From an uncultured virus (IMG/VR IMGVR_UViG_3300021387_003647) (taxonomy: Duplodnaviria > Heunggongvirae > Uroviricota > Caudoviricetes), in IMG/VR virus record IMGVR_UViG_3300021387_003647: a stretch of DNA of 64,000 nucleotides. The stretch is one strand, 5' to 3'. Below the pieces are notes generated by a model. It had not been told where the DNA came from. It was given only the letters and a program-made list of their open reading frames with translations, and did not search any database. A program made the position numbers and the translations under genes. The stretch's first letter is position 1; each line of letters opens with the position of its first letter. This document shows, piece by piece, positions 10,888 to 21,445 of this stretch.

Positions 10888-10938
10888 ACAACCATCACCA
10901 TAAAAGAAAAGCGGCAGTCTTGATGACTGTCGCTCTTT

Positions 10939-12270
10939 TTATTTCTTGCGGGCATTGAATATCCAGCCGTTGGGATTCTCGGGAATCTTCCGGAACTCGA
11001 TGTCGTGTGTCTGACTGGTTATCTCGCAGTCGGGATTCTTCCATATGTTACGATTGACAACGATGCCGGTGATGTTCTCTGCCCGGCCCTGGTGGTTCAG
11101 GGGATTGTTCATCACCACCCGCTCGACAGACACTTCGTGCAGGAATTCAAATATCTTGAAGTAACGTACCCGGTCGCAGATGACCGTTGGACACTCCCGG
11201 ATAGCATCTTCCCAATTGCCGTACTTGCCGATGTAGTTGGTATTGTCGATGCGCAGCGGACACTTCACATACACTTCCGGACGATACGTGTCGTCGTGCT
11301 TGGCACAGTAAGTCACCACATAATACCACACGATGAGCAGTTGGTTCAGCGTCAGTGTAGAGTTCTTCGGGAATACAATCAGTACTTTCTTGCCATCAGC
11401 ATCATCGCGGAAACTTACCTGTACGTGAGTGGGCTTGATGTGCTCGACAGACTTATTCGGGATGGTTGCGAGTATGTCATAGGGAATGTTGATAGAGTCC
11501 ATACCCTGCTGTTGCAGTTTATCAATGAACATCTCGATATAACGGTCGTCGTCTTTATGATAGCCTTTCTGAAAATGAAGCAGTTGATAGCAGGCTTTCT
11601 CGATGTTGTTGTAGTAACGGGAATAATGATAGTTCTTGTTGCGATACGAAGTGCCGTCCAAGTAAAAAGCCATACTCATATTGTTACGGTATACAGCCTG
11701 GGAGTAGTTGCGGAGAACCTTGGAAACGGGAGTGCTCAGAGCAAACAGACTGACTACCAGCGGAGCAACATATTCAGCATCTGAAGTGATGTCGGTGACA
11801 TCAAACAGCAGTTCTATCTCAAAGACAGTATCTTCCTTGCTTTCCGAAGAGCGGACTTTCTCTACATACGACTGCAACAGCGGCCGTGGGTCAGTGACCT
11901 GTAAGTCGCCGTCGAGTACCATACCGTCTTCTTTACGATACTCGTGAGCAGGAAACATATTCTGCTTGAAGTCTTTGTGCTCAGGATTCATCACAAGTCC
12001 GCGGATGGCATAACGCTCGATATACTTATTCATATCGAAGACATACTCAAGCCGCTTGACCATTGCCGGCAGATTCTTGTAGAGTGTCTCGATGAAGTTG
12101 ATATGATGGAACACAAAGACGAAGTTCAGCGAGTGGGCAAACTGACGAGTCTCTTGATGAAAGACATCATCATCATCGCCGACGGTCACCTGCTCTTCAG
12201 GATTATCATCGACTTGTATGCTGTCGAAATAATCCTCGTATAACCTGTTATCTCTTCTGACTAATCTCAT
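10939..12270 (-). CDS. hypothetical protein, 'EDYFD' N-terminal family
   Basis: 443-aa ORF; RLYEDYFDS then acidic tract. Confidence 0.7.
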   Translation of the reverse strand: MRLVRRDNRLYEDYFDSIQVDDNPEEQVTVGDDDDVFHQETRQFAHSLNFVFVFHHINFIETLYKNLPAMVKRLEYVFDMNKYIERYAIRGLVMNPEHKDFKQNMFPAHEYRKEDGMVLDGDLQVTDPRPLLQSYVEKVRSSESKEDTVFEIELLFDVTDITSDAEYVAPLVVSLFALSTPVSKVLRNYSQAVYRNNMSMAFYLDGTSYRNKNYHYSRYYNNIEKACYQLLHFQKGYHKDDDRYIEMFIDKLQQQGMDSINIPYDILATIPNKSVEHIKPTHVQVSFRDDADGKKVLIVFPKNSTLTLNQLLIVWYYVVTYCAKHDDTYRPEVYVKCPLRIDNTNYIGKYGNWEDAIRECPTVICDRVRYFKIFEFLHEVSVERVVMNNPLNHQGRAENITGIVVNRNIWKNPDCEITSQTHDIEFRKIPENPNGWIFNARKK

Positions 12271-12824
12271 TGCTTGTCTCGTTGGTCTTTATCGATGAAC
12301 CATCCCTGTGGCCGTCCGGCTCCTGGAAGTACGTAGCGGCGGAAGTGTACGGCATCTTCCATGGTCTTGTCGGTAGAGACGGTCTGCGTGGGACGGTCGT
12401 ACCACAGACGCTTCTTGTAGCGGATGTTGCCCACAGAGTTCATGTTCACACGGTTCTGAAGCATGATGATATAGCACGAACGTGCCGGCATCTGACTCAT
12501 CAGGTGAATATCGTCTTCTGGACGCTGCTCTTTGATCTTCGGCATACCCGTCAACGGGTCTATCTTCGACCAGTCGTAGCGCACTTCGTTGATGATGATA
12601 CCTTTCGTATCTACCAGGTCTTCGTCGATGAGGTGCAGAATATCAGCTGCTTTCGCTTCGGCCAGCGATGTGGAAAGCGAGCCGAGTGCTTCGTTAATCT
12701 CGTCAGCATCGTAGAACCGCGAGTTGGCTTCCACGAGATGCTGTCCGTTGCTTAGTCTGACCAGTGTCAGCCGGTCGGAATCTTTCCAGTGAGTCTTGCG
12801 TGACTCAGTTATCTTGTTACTCAT
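12267..12824 (-). CDS. hypothetical protein
   Basis: ATGA overlap with next gene; GATAAATA at 12850-12857. Confidence 0.65.
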   Translation of the reverse strand: MSNKITESRKTHWKDSDRLTLVRLSNGQHLVEANSRFYDADEINEALGSLSTSLAEAKAADILHLIDEDLVDTKGIIINEVRYDWSKIDPLTGMPKIKEQRPEDDIHLMSQMPARSCYIIMLQNRVNMNSVGNIRYKKRLWYDRPTQTVSTDKTMEDAVHFRRYVLPGAGRPQGWFIDKDQRDKQ

Positions 12825-12917
12825 TTCTTTAAATTAGGAAACTTTTCGGTATTTATCTGCGTATATTTTCGTTTGCTCTGCGTCTCAGCAGCAGCCCGGA
12901 ACGTTCTATTTGTATAG

Positions 12918-13148
12918 TTATCTCATATTTCTGGTTTCTGAATGAACTTGAAAAGTTTGGTATGGTCTTAGCAATGCATCATTCACATCTATCCTGTCGA
13001 ACTTTTGCTTGTTTGTTGTTACATCACGAGTGGCTAAATGATTTCCTTTAGCAGAATGCGTATCTTTTATATTACACACATCCCACTCATCATAAACATC
13101 ACAAGGAAATCTTCCGTCTATTCTACTTTTTTGTCTATAGAATTTCAT
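12918..13148 (-). CDS. hypothetical protein
   Basis: 76-aa ORF; ATGA overlap with the reconstituted interrupted gene. Confidence 0.55.
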   Translation of the reverse strand: MKFYRQKSRIDGRFPCDVYDEWDVCNIKDTHSAKGNHLATRDVTTNKQKFDRIDVNDALLRPYQTFQVHSETRNMR

Positions 13149-13285
13149 ATTTCTTCTTCGTAATTATATTTTAAGTCTAAATCACTTATTTCGTTAAGAA
13201 CTATTGCGTAATCACAGATGATATTCAGCATATCGAGTTTGCCTTCTGGATATTCCCACGCCTGACAAGTGAATACCAGCAGTAC

Positions 13286-14614
13286 GTCAAAACTTGCACA
13301 TAGTTTAACATTGTGCTTTATTGACTTCTTGCTTCACAGAACCACTGCTTTTTAGCAAATCATCATTTCTGATGATTGGTTCATCCACAGTTGGGTTCTC
13401 CACAAGCTTGGATTCGGGTGTACTGCACCCTATTATTCTTAAACATTCGTCAAGTATATTACAAGCGGCATTGTAGTCCCGGCTGATGATTTGCCCGCAC
13501 TGCGGGCAAACCCACTCTCGGTCTTTCAATGTCAATTGCTTGTTGACATAGCCGCAATGATTACATATTTTACTTGACGGGTAGAATCTGTCAACGAATA
13601 CTATCTTTCTATTGTACCATTTTGCCTTGTATTCAAGCATACGTCTAAATTCACCGAAGTTCATCTCTAATATACTCTCTGCAAGTTTATGGTTTCGTGA
13701 CATACCTTTCACATTCAAATCCTCCATACATATGACTTGGTTTTCGTCAATGAGTGAATTACTTATACTGTGAAGATAGTATTGTTTTCTATCATCTATT
13801 TTCTTATATAACTTAGCAAGTCTGATTCTTGCCTTGTTTCTGTTGTTGCTTCCTTTCTGTTTTCTTGATAGTTGCTTTTGACGTTTCTTTATCTTCTTTG
13901 ACTCTGACTTCTTGAAGTGAAGGTTATCAAAGACTTCACCTTCGCTTGTTATAACGAAGTCTTTGATTCCTAAATCTATACCGATAGCAGAATTGCTTTC
14001 TTTGACTTGATGAGTCAGATTTCCGTCAACTAAAATCGAAAGATAATACTCACCACAAGGAAGATGCTTCAATGTTGCCGACTTGATACAGTCTCTATGC
14101 TTCTGAAGATATTCAGCATATTTTCTGCTACATCTAAATTTAACATTCTTGATATTAGCAAGTGAAATATTGTAGTCTGTATAAACGTTGCGTTTAGATA
14201 TTGCACCGAGTTCAAATCTACACGATTGCTTGTTATCGTGTTTAGACTTGAACTTAGGAAAACCAGAACGCTGTTCGAAGAAATTCTTATATGCAGATAA
14301 CATATCTATAAGAGCCTATTTCAATACTCTTGTATTTTGTTCCCTAAGCCAGATGAAGTTGTCGTCTTTCAATAGTTCGTGATGAACGAAATGACCCAAT
14401 GTAGTCAGATTCTCTGATATTTGATTATTCTTGTAAGATTCAATCTTTCTGTTAAGACACTGATTATAGACTACACGATAACAACCAAGCAACTTGTTGA
14501 ACTGAGTTGCTTGTTCCTTGTTAGGGTATAATCTTATCTTGATTGCTCTTAGCATATCTTATTTATCTATGAATTTATGAGATTGTGAACGTTTGTTCAG
14601 ATTTTCGTTTAACT
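13286..14614 (-). mobile_element. IS200/IS605-family TnpB-only (IS1341-like) element
   Basis: Removing this span restores an ORF; left flank TTAAC, element ends TTGAC; no tnpA inside. Confidence 0.7.
13305..14555 (-). CDS. tnpB: RNA-guided endonuclease TnpB (joined through TAG at 14316-14318)
   Basis: HTH_OrfB start (AIKIRLYPN), RuvC GIDLG, EDL, CxxC zinc ribbon, RDYNAA. Confidence 0.92.
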
Positions 14615-14774
14615 GTTAAGAATACCCTTCGGATAGTCCAACCCGAAATCAAATGCTGCTCTTGCAATCTGGTCTTCTCTGTTTCTTTTCATTTATAAAT
14701 CTTATTAGTTATACTTATTATACTGCGGTTTTCTGAAATGGTTAATAAATACGGAAATTCTTTTTGTTTCATTA

Positions 14775-15731
14775 ATGAACATCATACGCGACATACTATA
14801 CTACCAGGACTCTGCTGAGTATTCTTCCGTACAAGACTACATCACAGAGTGTCTGCATCCAGAAGCATTCTCTAGACAGATTCCCGTACACGATCGGAGT
14901 TGTAACAACTCCACTTAGTCGGAAATTCCCTTGTGGGTGAACGTCTATTATGACAATCAGCAACAGGATATGATGGTGCTGGACAGTACAAAACCGGAGA
15001 ATGCCGAGTATAATCCGCGCTATACCATGATGGGAACGATTATCAGTCACCAAGCAGAACGCAGACGGGGCGGAAAGCGATGGGTCCGGATACTGAGTCC
15101 GTATATGCTGATGGTAGAAGCAGACCCGAGTGTGATAAAGAATCCCAACGAACTGGAACGTATGTTAAGAGAGTCTGTTGATAAAGAGATGGGTGAGTTC
15201 CGTGCCCGACTCGGCCAGGGTATGAAAGATGTTACGTTGGACTTGATGAATCAGTGGGACGTTGAGTGGATTTCCGAGAATCTGATGACTGTACTGACGG
15301 CTATTGACGAATGCAGTACGTGGGTGAAGAGTCCGGATAATCATATTCGGAGTCTGTTGACTGACCGGAACGTTGTTTATACTTCTCTGACGTGTGACTA
15401 TAATCTGGGACAGTGCTCGGATGACATCACTGTGATGCTCGGCGGTTTCGGTCCCGATTTTTACAGGCAGACATCACGCGGAATCGAAGAATACGAAGAA
15501 GAGTATTACCGGCAGAGTGAATATCATCAATTGGATATGGACGAGTTCTTGCAGCGCAGTCAGAGTCCGGCAATTGTACAGGCAGCAGAAACCGGTTCAG
15601 AGTCTGAAGAAGAACAGCAACCGGAGAGCCTGTGCGTGAAAATGGCTTGGCAAGAACTTCAGAAGCAATATCCCGGAGTGCAAATGATAGACCTCTGTAT
15701 ACCTATAATGATGCGAGTGGAAGTGAGTTAA
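14775..15731 (+). CDS. hypothetical protein (extended upstream through one TAG)
   Basis: ATG at 14775 is in frame with ORF 14931; AATAAATACGGAAA upstream. Confidence 0.6.
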
Positions 15732-15897
15732 ATCGTTATAATTGTTAAAATAGCATAAATGTTCGTGCAAAATTATTGTTATTTCGAAAATAATGATTAC
15801 CTTTGCATACGAAATAATTAAAATTATAAGAATGTATTTAAGTTAGTAAATAAAATATGATAATTCAATTATATAAGAACTTTGTGATAAATAGTAT

Positions 15898-17278
15898 ATG
15901 AGTAAGAATAATCAGTTTCTCCGTGCAGTTCACACGTTCGTCAGTTATGACGAACAGTTGAACAGTATGACCGTTGATTCTGTTTCGCTCTATGATTAGG
16001 GTTTGTATTTCCTTCGTCAAGAATACTTCAGATGTAGAGACTTAAACTGGTCTGAAATTCCGAAATATCCGTCAAAGTTTGGTTTGTTTGATTTAGTTAA
16101 TCCAACTGATGCATTTCAAAATTCTAAATTAGACATTAATGTAAAGAAAGAGTGTATAAGTTAGGCTTATAATAATTGGTTCAGTTGGATTAAGACAAAG
16201 AAAGACTACAGAGTTCACCCGGAGAAATACAAGAGTGAACCAAAGATGCCAAAATACAAATACAGAAAGAAAACACATAATATAATATCTATAGATAAGA
16301 CCAGATTTAGAGGAAAAGATGCAAATAAAATAACTTTACCGTGCTCTGATTATAAGATTCAATTTAAGGAAAGAATATATTGTGATGCTTAAAATCAAGT
16401 TCATAAATGATTATAAGTTCAAGATTACATTTATATATGATTAGAATCTGAAGTATATTGATGAGTTAAGAGAAAATAAAGTTAAATCACACTCAGTTGT
16501 TTCGAAAGATAAATCGTTGGGAATCGACTTGGGAGTCAAGAATCTGTTGACTTGTGTGACGTTTGGATTAGATAAAGATTCTTCTTTTATAATTCGTGGT
16601 AACGAACTGAAACAAAGAATCAACGAGACAAATAACTCAATGGCTTATCTATAGTCTTGTGTACTAAATTCGAAGAACAGAGAACTGACTAAAGTTTCTC
16701 GAAAAGATAAGTTATTAAAGCAGATAAAACTTTCGAAGAGAATGACTAAAATTCTCTTTGACTACAATAACTATAAATTTAACTATATTCATAACGTAAG
16801 TAGTATGATAAAAGATTATTGCTTAAATAATAATATAGGTAAAGTAGTTATCGGTCATAATGAATTCTGGAAAAATGAATCGAATATGGGAAAAGAAAAC
16901 AATCGTATATTCTGTTCAATTCCCCATTCTGAATTTATATTTAAGTTGAAATATAAACTCGAAGAAGTTGGAATAGAATTCATAGAAGTCGAAGAATCAT
17001 ATACTTCTAAGTGTGACCATTTAGCAAACGAAACTATGGAACACCACAGTTCATATCTAGGAAAGAGAACGAAACGTGGTCTATTCAAATCATCAACTGG
17101 AAAATTGTTGAATGCCGACTGCAACGGTGCAGTGGGAATTTTGCGTAAAGCAAATGTAATACAGAATACTGACTTGGTCAGTTTACTGGATAGAGGTGAC
17201 GTTGTATCACCATGTGTTCTGAATGTTCGAGGATTTAAAAATCCGCAGAATAGACAGAGCACGAAATTAGTAGTATAA
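15898..17278 (+). pseudogene. tnpB: second TnpB/IS605 OrfB-like gene; four in-frame TAGs plus one frameshift near 16334-16390
   Basis: PKMPKYK, GIDLGVKNL, EESYTSKCD, KRGLF, NADCNGA motifs; frame changes between the N- and C-terminal halves. Confidence 0.75.
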
Positions 17279-17560
17279 TTTATAGATTTGATTGGAATTT
17301 ATAAATTTTATGAAAATAGTACAATTACGCAGCAAATATAATCATTATTTCTAACATTGTATTGTTTACTCTCGAATTTTAACATCATTTAATAGTATGA
17401 TACAAATTTTTACAAATACAAGAATGTTTTGAAATATTTAGATTAATTGATGTATTGAAACAAAAAGAGACAGATGTGAAATCTGCCTCTTGTGTTTGAA
17501 TATGTGATGAGTTATTTACATTAAGTGTTTAATTCCCTTGTCTATACATTCTCTATTTTA

Positions 17561-18073
17561 TCAATCTAATATAGTAATAACTGCTTCTGGAAAATCAGAA
17601 CTTACAAAAGAAGATACTAATAAATAATTTGCTCCAGTTGGGATTGTTTTTGTTATTGTGTTTATATCTTTATCAGTTATACTAACATTAAACGTTTCAA
17701 TAATAGATGATTCTTGGATATCATAGTATATTGGTTTACTAGGAGAGACTCCCTCGCCCGATAAATTTGGAATATCTAAAAATGATAAATTACCTAAATC
17801 CTGTGCAAATGCGTTGTAGTAAGCATTTTGAATTACATTATTAATTGCAGTAATGCTAATTGTTTTACCTGCTAAAGATGGGTTTAAGTTATAAACAAAT
17901 ATTTTTTCTGTTAAAACAGCAGGATTTGCTGCTTCCATTATTGCTTTTCTATCCTCATAATCTAAAAAAAGAGTTCCAAATCTTCCTACTTTTAGAAGAT
18001 AACTATTGAACAAAACTTTTCCGGCTGAATTTTCAGAAAAATCAGCACCATTAATTACTAATATTTTACTCAT
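17561..18073 (-). CDS. hypothetical protein co-transcribed with the SGNH cassette
   Basis: 170-aa ORF starting 12 bp after the stop at 18086. Confidence 0.65.
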   Translation of the reverse strand: MSKILVINGADFSENSAGKVLFNSYLLKVGRFGTLFLDYEDRKAIMEAANPAVLTEKIFVYNLNPSLAGKTISITAINNVIQNAYYNAFAQDLGNLSFLDIPNLSGEGVSPSKPIYYDIQESSIIETFNVSITDKDINTITKTIPTGANYLLVSSFVSSDFPEAVITILD

Positions 18074-18085
18074 AATTTTAAATAT

Positions 18086-19324
18086 TTAATTTTTAGATAC
18101 AAATTGATTTATATTATTATTTATTGCATTTGTCACCATTTTGGCACCAATAACATTTGGGTGAGTATAATCGTCTAATATTTCGGTATAATTACTACCA
18201 TTTATATTTACTAATTTATTCAAGTCTAAATAAGGAACAGAAAAATAATCACAGCACTTTTTTACAGCCTAACAAAATTCTCTTAATGAATTTGTATTAT
18301 TCATATAAGGAATTGTTATACCGTTAATCATACTATTTAATGGAGTTAAACATATAATTTGAGTATTTGGATATGTCTCTTTTATGTTTTTAAGAAGATA
18401 TTTATAAGCAGCATAAAATGTTGTATTACTATCTATAGCATCAGAAATATTTCCAAGTGTTTTATTATGATACCAATCGTTAATTCCTCCTAAAATAAAA
18501 ATATAATCAGGCGCATAACCAGTTGTTCCTTCTGAAAACAGTTCGTTATAATGTAAACAAATTCTATTTATTATATCTCCTCCACCATAAGCATAAATTC
18601 TATTTATTATAGCATTTTGTTTTTTACATAACCTACCCCACCAAGTCATATCAACACTTGTTATTCCAGCATTGTTTCCTGTATAATAAGGAACATTGCT
18701 ACCTGGATAAGAGTCATAAGTCGTAATAGAATCTCCCATAAATGAGATTCTTTTTCCTTTTAATAAAGAACTTGTAAAATTCTTAACTGTAATATCTCCA
18801 TCTTTAAAATAAACTACTGCATTACCTAATTCATCAGAAATTGCAAAATCATATTCATTTTCAGTAGTGACTATCTTTAATTGATTATCATTTGATTGTG
18901 AACTATCAAAATGTTTGGTTTTAATATCTCCGTTTTTCAATATTAAAATAGCATTTCCACTCTCGTCAGAAATAGCAAGGTCTCCATTATAAGTACCTTC
19001 ATATATTTGAACCTTTTTATCTAATTGTCTAGATACTCCTCCGCTCTTCACCAAGTTCTCTGAACATGCAATAGGTTCATCATCCACTCCTTGCCAGTCA
19101 TTTCCTGAAGTGCTAAATATAGTATTCATCAATCTATACTGCACATACTTATCATTACTGTCTATATATCGAATTGTCATTCCTCCTTTACGTTTTTGAA
19201 TGGGTACTTCATCTAATGCATCACTCAAAGTAAGATATGAATTCCCTGTATATTCGCTTATATCAAATATACTATGTGTGTAATTCGAATCTGAGTTATT
19301 AACTAAAATCTTGTTTACACTCAT
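18086..19324 (-). CDS. modular protein: shared N-terminal module plus SGNH/GDSL esterase (joined through TAG at 18269-18271)
   Basis: GDSIT block I, GGIND block III, and catalytic DYTHPN block V found only after the TAG. Confidence 0.85.
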
Positions 19325-19343
19325 CTTAAAAAATTTTATTGTC

Positions 19344-19380
19344 CGGCCATACTCGTAAATTTTTTAGTGTGCAGGTTTTG
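19344..19380 (-). repeat. left inverted repeat (37 bp), candidate recombination site
   Basis: Reverse complement CAAAACCTGCACACTAAAAAATTTACGAGTATGGCCG matches 21392-21428 at 36/37. Confidence 0.85.
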
Positions 19381-19644
19381 CACTTTATGAGTATTAAAGC
19401 CGTTGTTAATTTTAATCTTTACGTCCGAAACGCGCCCGCCGTCTTTGTTGTGATTTATTCAAGCGGTCCTACCTTCCGGAACGGGTTCTTCTGCCTTCAC
19501 AGAAGAGTGCTCTTCTAAAGAGATATGTGTTACGCAGAACTGCCGCAGCAGTCTCGTGTGTCTGATCAGTCTTACTTCTGTTTCCAGTTGCTGCTTAATG
19601 TCTTTATTTTCTCATTCAATTACCTGAATTTAAATTTGCTATCG

Positions 19645-19798
19645 TATTTATCACTCAATTTCGCAGAAACGAAACAACCGTCAAGTACTGCTATTATATG
19701 AGCAACTTGTTCTATTTATCAAAGCACAAACAACAAATTTTTCGATTTGCTTTGGCTTCTTCTTTCCTATTCTTCCTTAATGATACGAATTATTTATC
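19645..19798 (-). promoter_or_regulatory. three leftward GATAAATA late-promoter motifs inside the invertible segment
   Basis: TATTTATC at 19645, 19713 and 19791. Confidence 0.6.
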
Positions 19799-19931
19799 AC
19801 AACACTAAATCGTCAAAATCAAAAACGCTCTTAAAGTCTAAAAATATATATAAAATCCAAATAAAACTTAAAATATTTGCACGTTACATTAATATATAGT
19901 ATATTTGCAAAAAATTTAAATTCATAGATAT

Positions 19932-21317
19932 ATGAGAAAGAAACAATTATTCAAAACAGATGTGAAGAATGTTCCCGATTTCGAGAATATGACTGACGAG
20001 AAGTTTATGAGCGAACTTCGAGTCTATTCTGCTAAACTTGCTGAAGAGCAAGAAGATGATGTGAATATGTCGTTGACTATTCCGAAAACTGCTGTTGTTG
20101 ACAATACTCTACCTGTTGATAATAATATTACAGATATTAAAGAAGCAGCATATGAATACTTTCTGTCTGTTAGAGCCAGGAAGATAGTCAAAGATGCAAT
20201 CGGAGAAGAAAGTTCATATGACATCAAACGTTTCAAGAGTCAGTTCCCGAACGAAGAAGAACTCATCAGAGAACTTGAGACTACATCGATAACTACTACT
20301 CTGAAACAAAGATTCGGACATCTCCCGGCATCTGGCATTACAGATTTTAAGATGTATGCTAATCCGAAGGATTTCGAGCATTACATAGACTGTTCGAATA
20401 TGAGTGTAGTGGAATGTATTGTTGAGTATATCAAATACAAATCAGCATCTCTGAAAAGAAGCAGTATTATGTGTCATTATCCGTCTATCATATACTATCT
20501 ACTGAAGATTGAATATGAGAATAATATCGTTCTGATGCCGACTGTAATGGGAAATCTGTTTATGACACAGTTCGAGAAGTATCTGAGAATGCATAATCTC
20601 TGTACTAATACGATAATGTCAATGGTCGGTTCTCTGAAGGCTGCACTTAAATGGTCAGCCCTGTATGGTTCAAGATTGTCTATCGACATCAACGGTTATA
20701 AAATAAAAGAGAGTGACAGCAAACCGAAGATTTCACTTACTTATGAAGAGATATGTAAGATATACTATTTCGATTTTGAGAATACGAATATTTCAAGAAC
20801 AAGGAGAAAGACATTCGAGAAAGTCAGAGACCATTTCATTATGTCTTGTTTCTTGGGACAGCGTTTCTCCGATACGATACGTATCACGAAGAGTAATTTC
20901 ATAAACACGACTTACGATACTTTCAAGATTACTCAACAGAAGACTGGAAGTAAGGCAGTGGTATCGTTCAACAAGATTTTCGGAGAGTATCCCGTTATCG
21001 TTCGTGAAATCCTGGAGAAATATGACTATAATGCACCATACACAGGAACAATGAGTACTTTTAACAGTTGCCTTCACGAGATATGCAGATTGGCTGGGTT
21101 GACTGAAGAAGTCAAATATGAAACGAAAGTACAGGGAGTTATCATAGAAAAGACTTACAAGAAGTATGAATTAATAACTTCACACAGTGCCCGCCGTACG
21201 TTCATCACCCAGGCTGTCAGAAGAGGACTGCATACACAGCAAATCAAGAGAGCATCTGGACATACTACTGAGAAGTCATTTGGAAAGTATGTTATCTTCA
21301 ACGATGATGTTGAATAA
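19932..21317 (+). CDS. tyrosine recombinase/invertase
   Basis: Catalytic set R (GQRFSD), K (QQKTG), HSARR, GHT, Y (GKYV); TATATTTG host-type promoter at 19900-19907. Confidence 0.9.
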   Translation: MRKKQLFKTDVKNVPDFENMTDEKFMSELRVYSAKLAEEQEDDVNMSLTIPKTAVVDNTLPVDNNITDIKEAAYEYFLSVRARKIVKDAIGEESSYDIKRFKSQFPNEEELIRELETTSITTTLKQRFGHLPASGITDFKMYANPKDFEHYIDCSNMSVVECIVEYIKYKSASLKRSSIMCHYPSIIYYLLKIEYENNIVLMPTVMGNLFMTQFEKYLRMHNLCTNTIMSMVGSLKAALKWSALYGSRLSIDINGYKIKESDSKPKISLTYEEICKIYYFDFENTNISRTRRKTFEKVRDHFIMSCFLGQRFSDTIRITKSNFINTTYDTFKITQQKTGSKAVVSFNKIFGEYPVIVREILEKYDYNAPYTGTMSTFNSCLHEICRLAGLTEEVKYETKVQGVIIEKTYKKYELITSHSARRTFITQAVRRGLHTQQIKRASGHTTEKSFGKYVIFNDDVE

Positions 21318-21341
21318 ATTTACTTAAATTCTGCTTATTTC

Positions 21342-21379
21342 GAAAGTGCTGAAATTACTTGTTTCAGCACTTTCTTTTT
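21342..21379 (+). terminator. intrinsic terminator after recombinase
   Basis: GAAAGTGCTGAAA..TTTCAGCACTTTC followed by a T tract. Confidence 0.75.
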
Positions 21380-21391
21380 GTCTTCGAACTC

Positions 21392-21428
21392 CAAAACCTG
21401 CACACTAAAAAATTTACAAGTATGGCCG
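21392..21428 (+). repeat. right inverted repeat (37 bp)
   Basis: CAAAACCTGCACACTAAAAAATTTACAAGTATGGCCG. Confidence 0.85.
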
Positions 21429-21445
21429 AATGAATTAAAAAATAA

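Larger units (their letters stand above)
13145..14692 (-). pseudogene. small gene (72 aa when reconstituted) interrupted by TnpB element
   Basis: 14692-14615 (MKRNRE...KGILN) joins in frame to 13285-13145 (VLLVF...EEEI-TGA). Confidence 0.65.

Noticed and set aside
13286..14614. IStron (self-splicing intron plus TnpB)
   Set aside because: Only ~60 bp lie upstream of tnpB, too little for a group I intron core.
15898..17560. Cas12f-type CRISPR system
   Set aside because: No repeat-spacer array is visible beside either TnpB.
19381..19640. tRNA or tmRNA
   Set aside because: No cloverleaf, T-loop GTTCGA or CCA end recognised.
19932..21317. Prophage integrase marking a host-phage junction
   Set aside because: Both flanks are phage-like, recoded and paralogous; the flanking repeats are inverted, not direct. 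It cannot be fully excluded.
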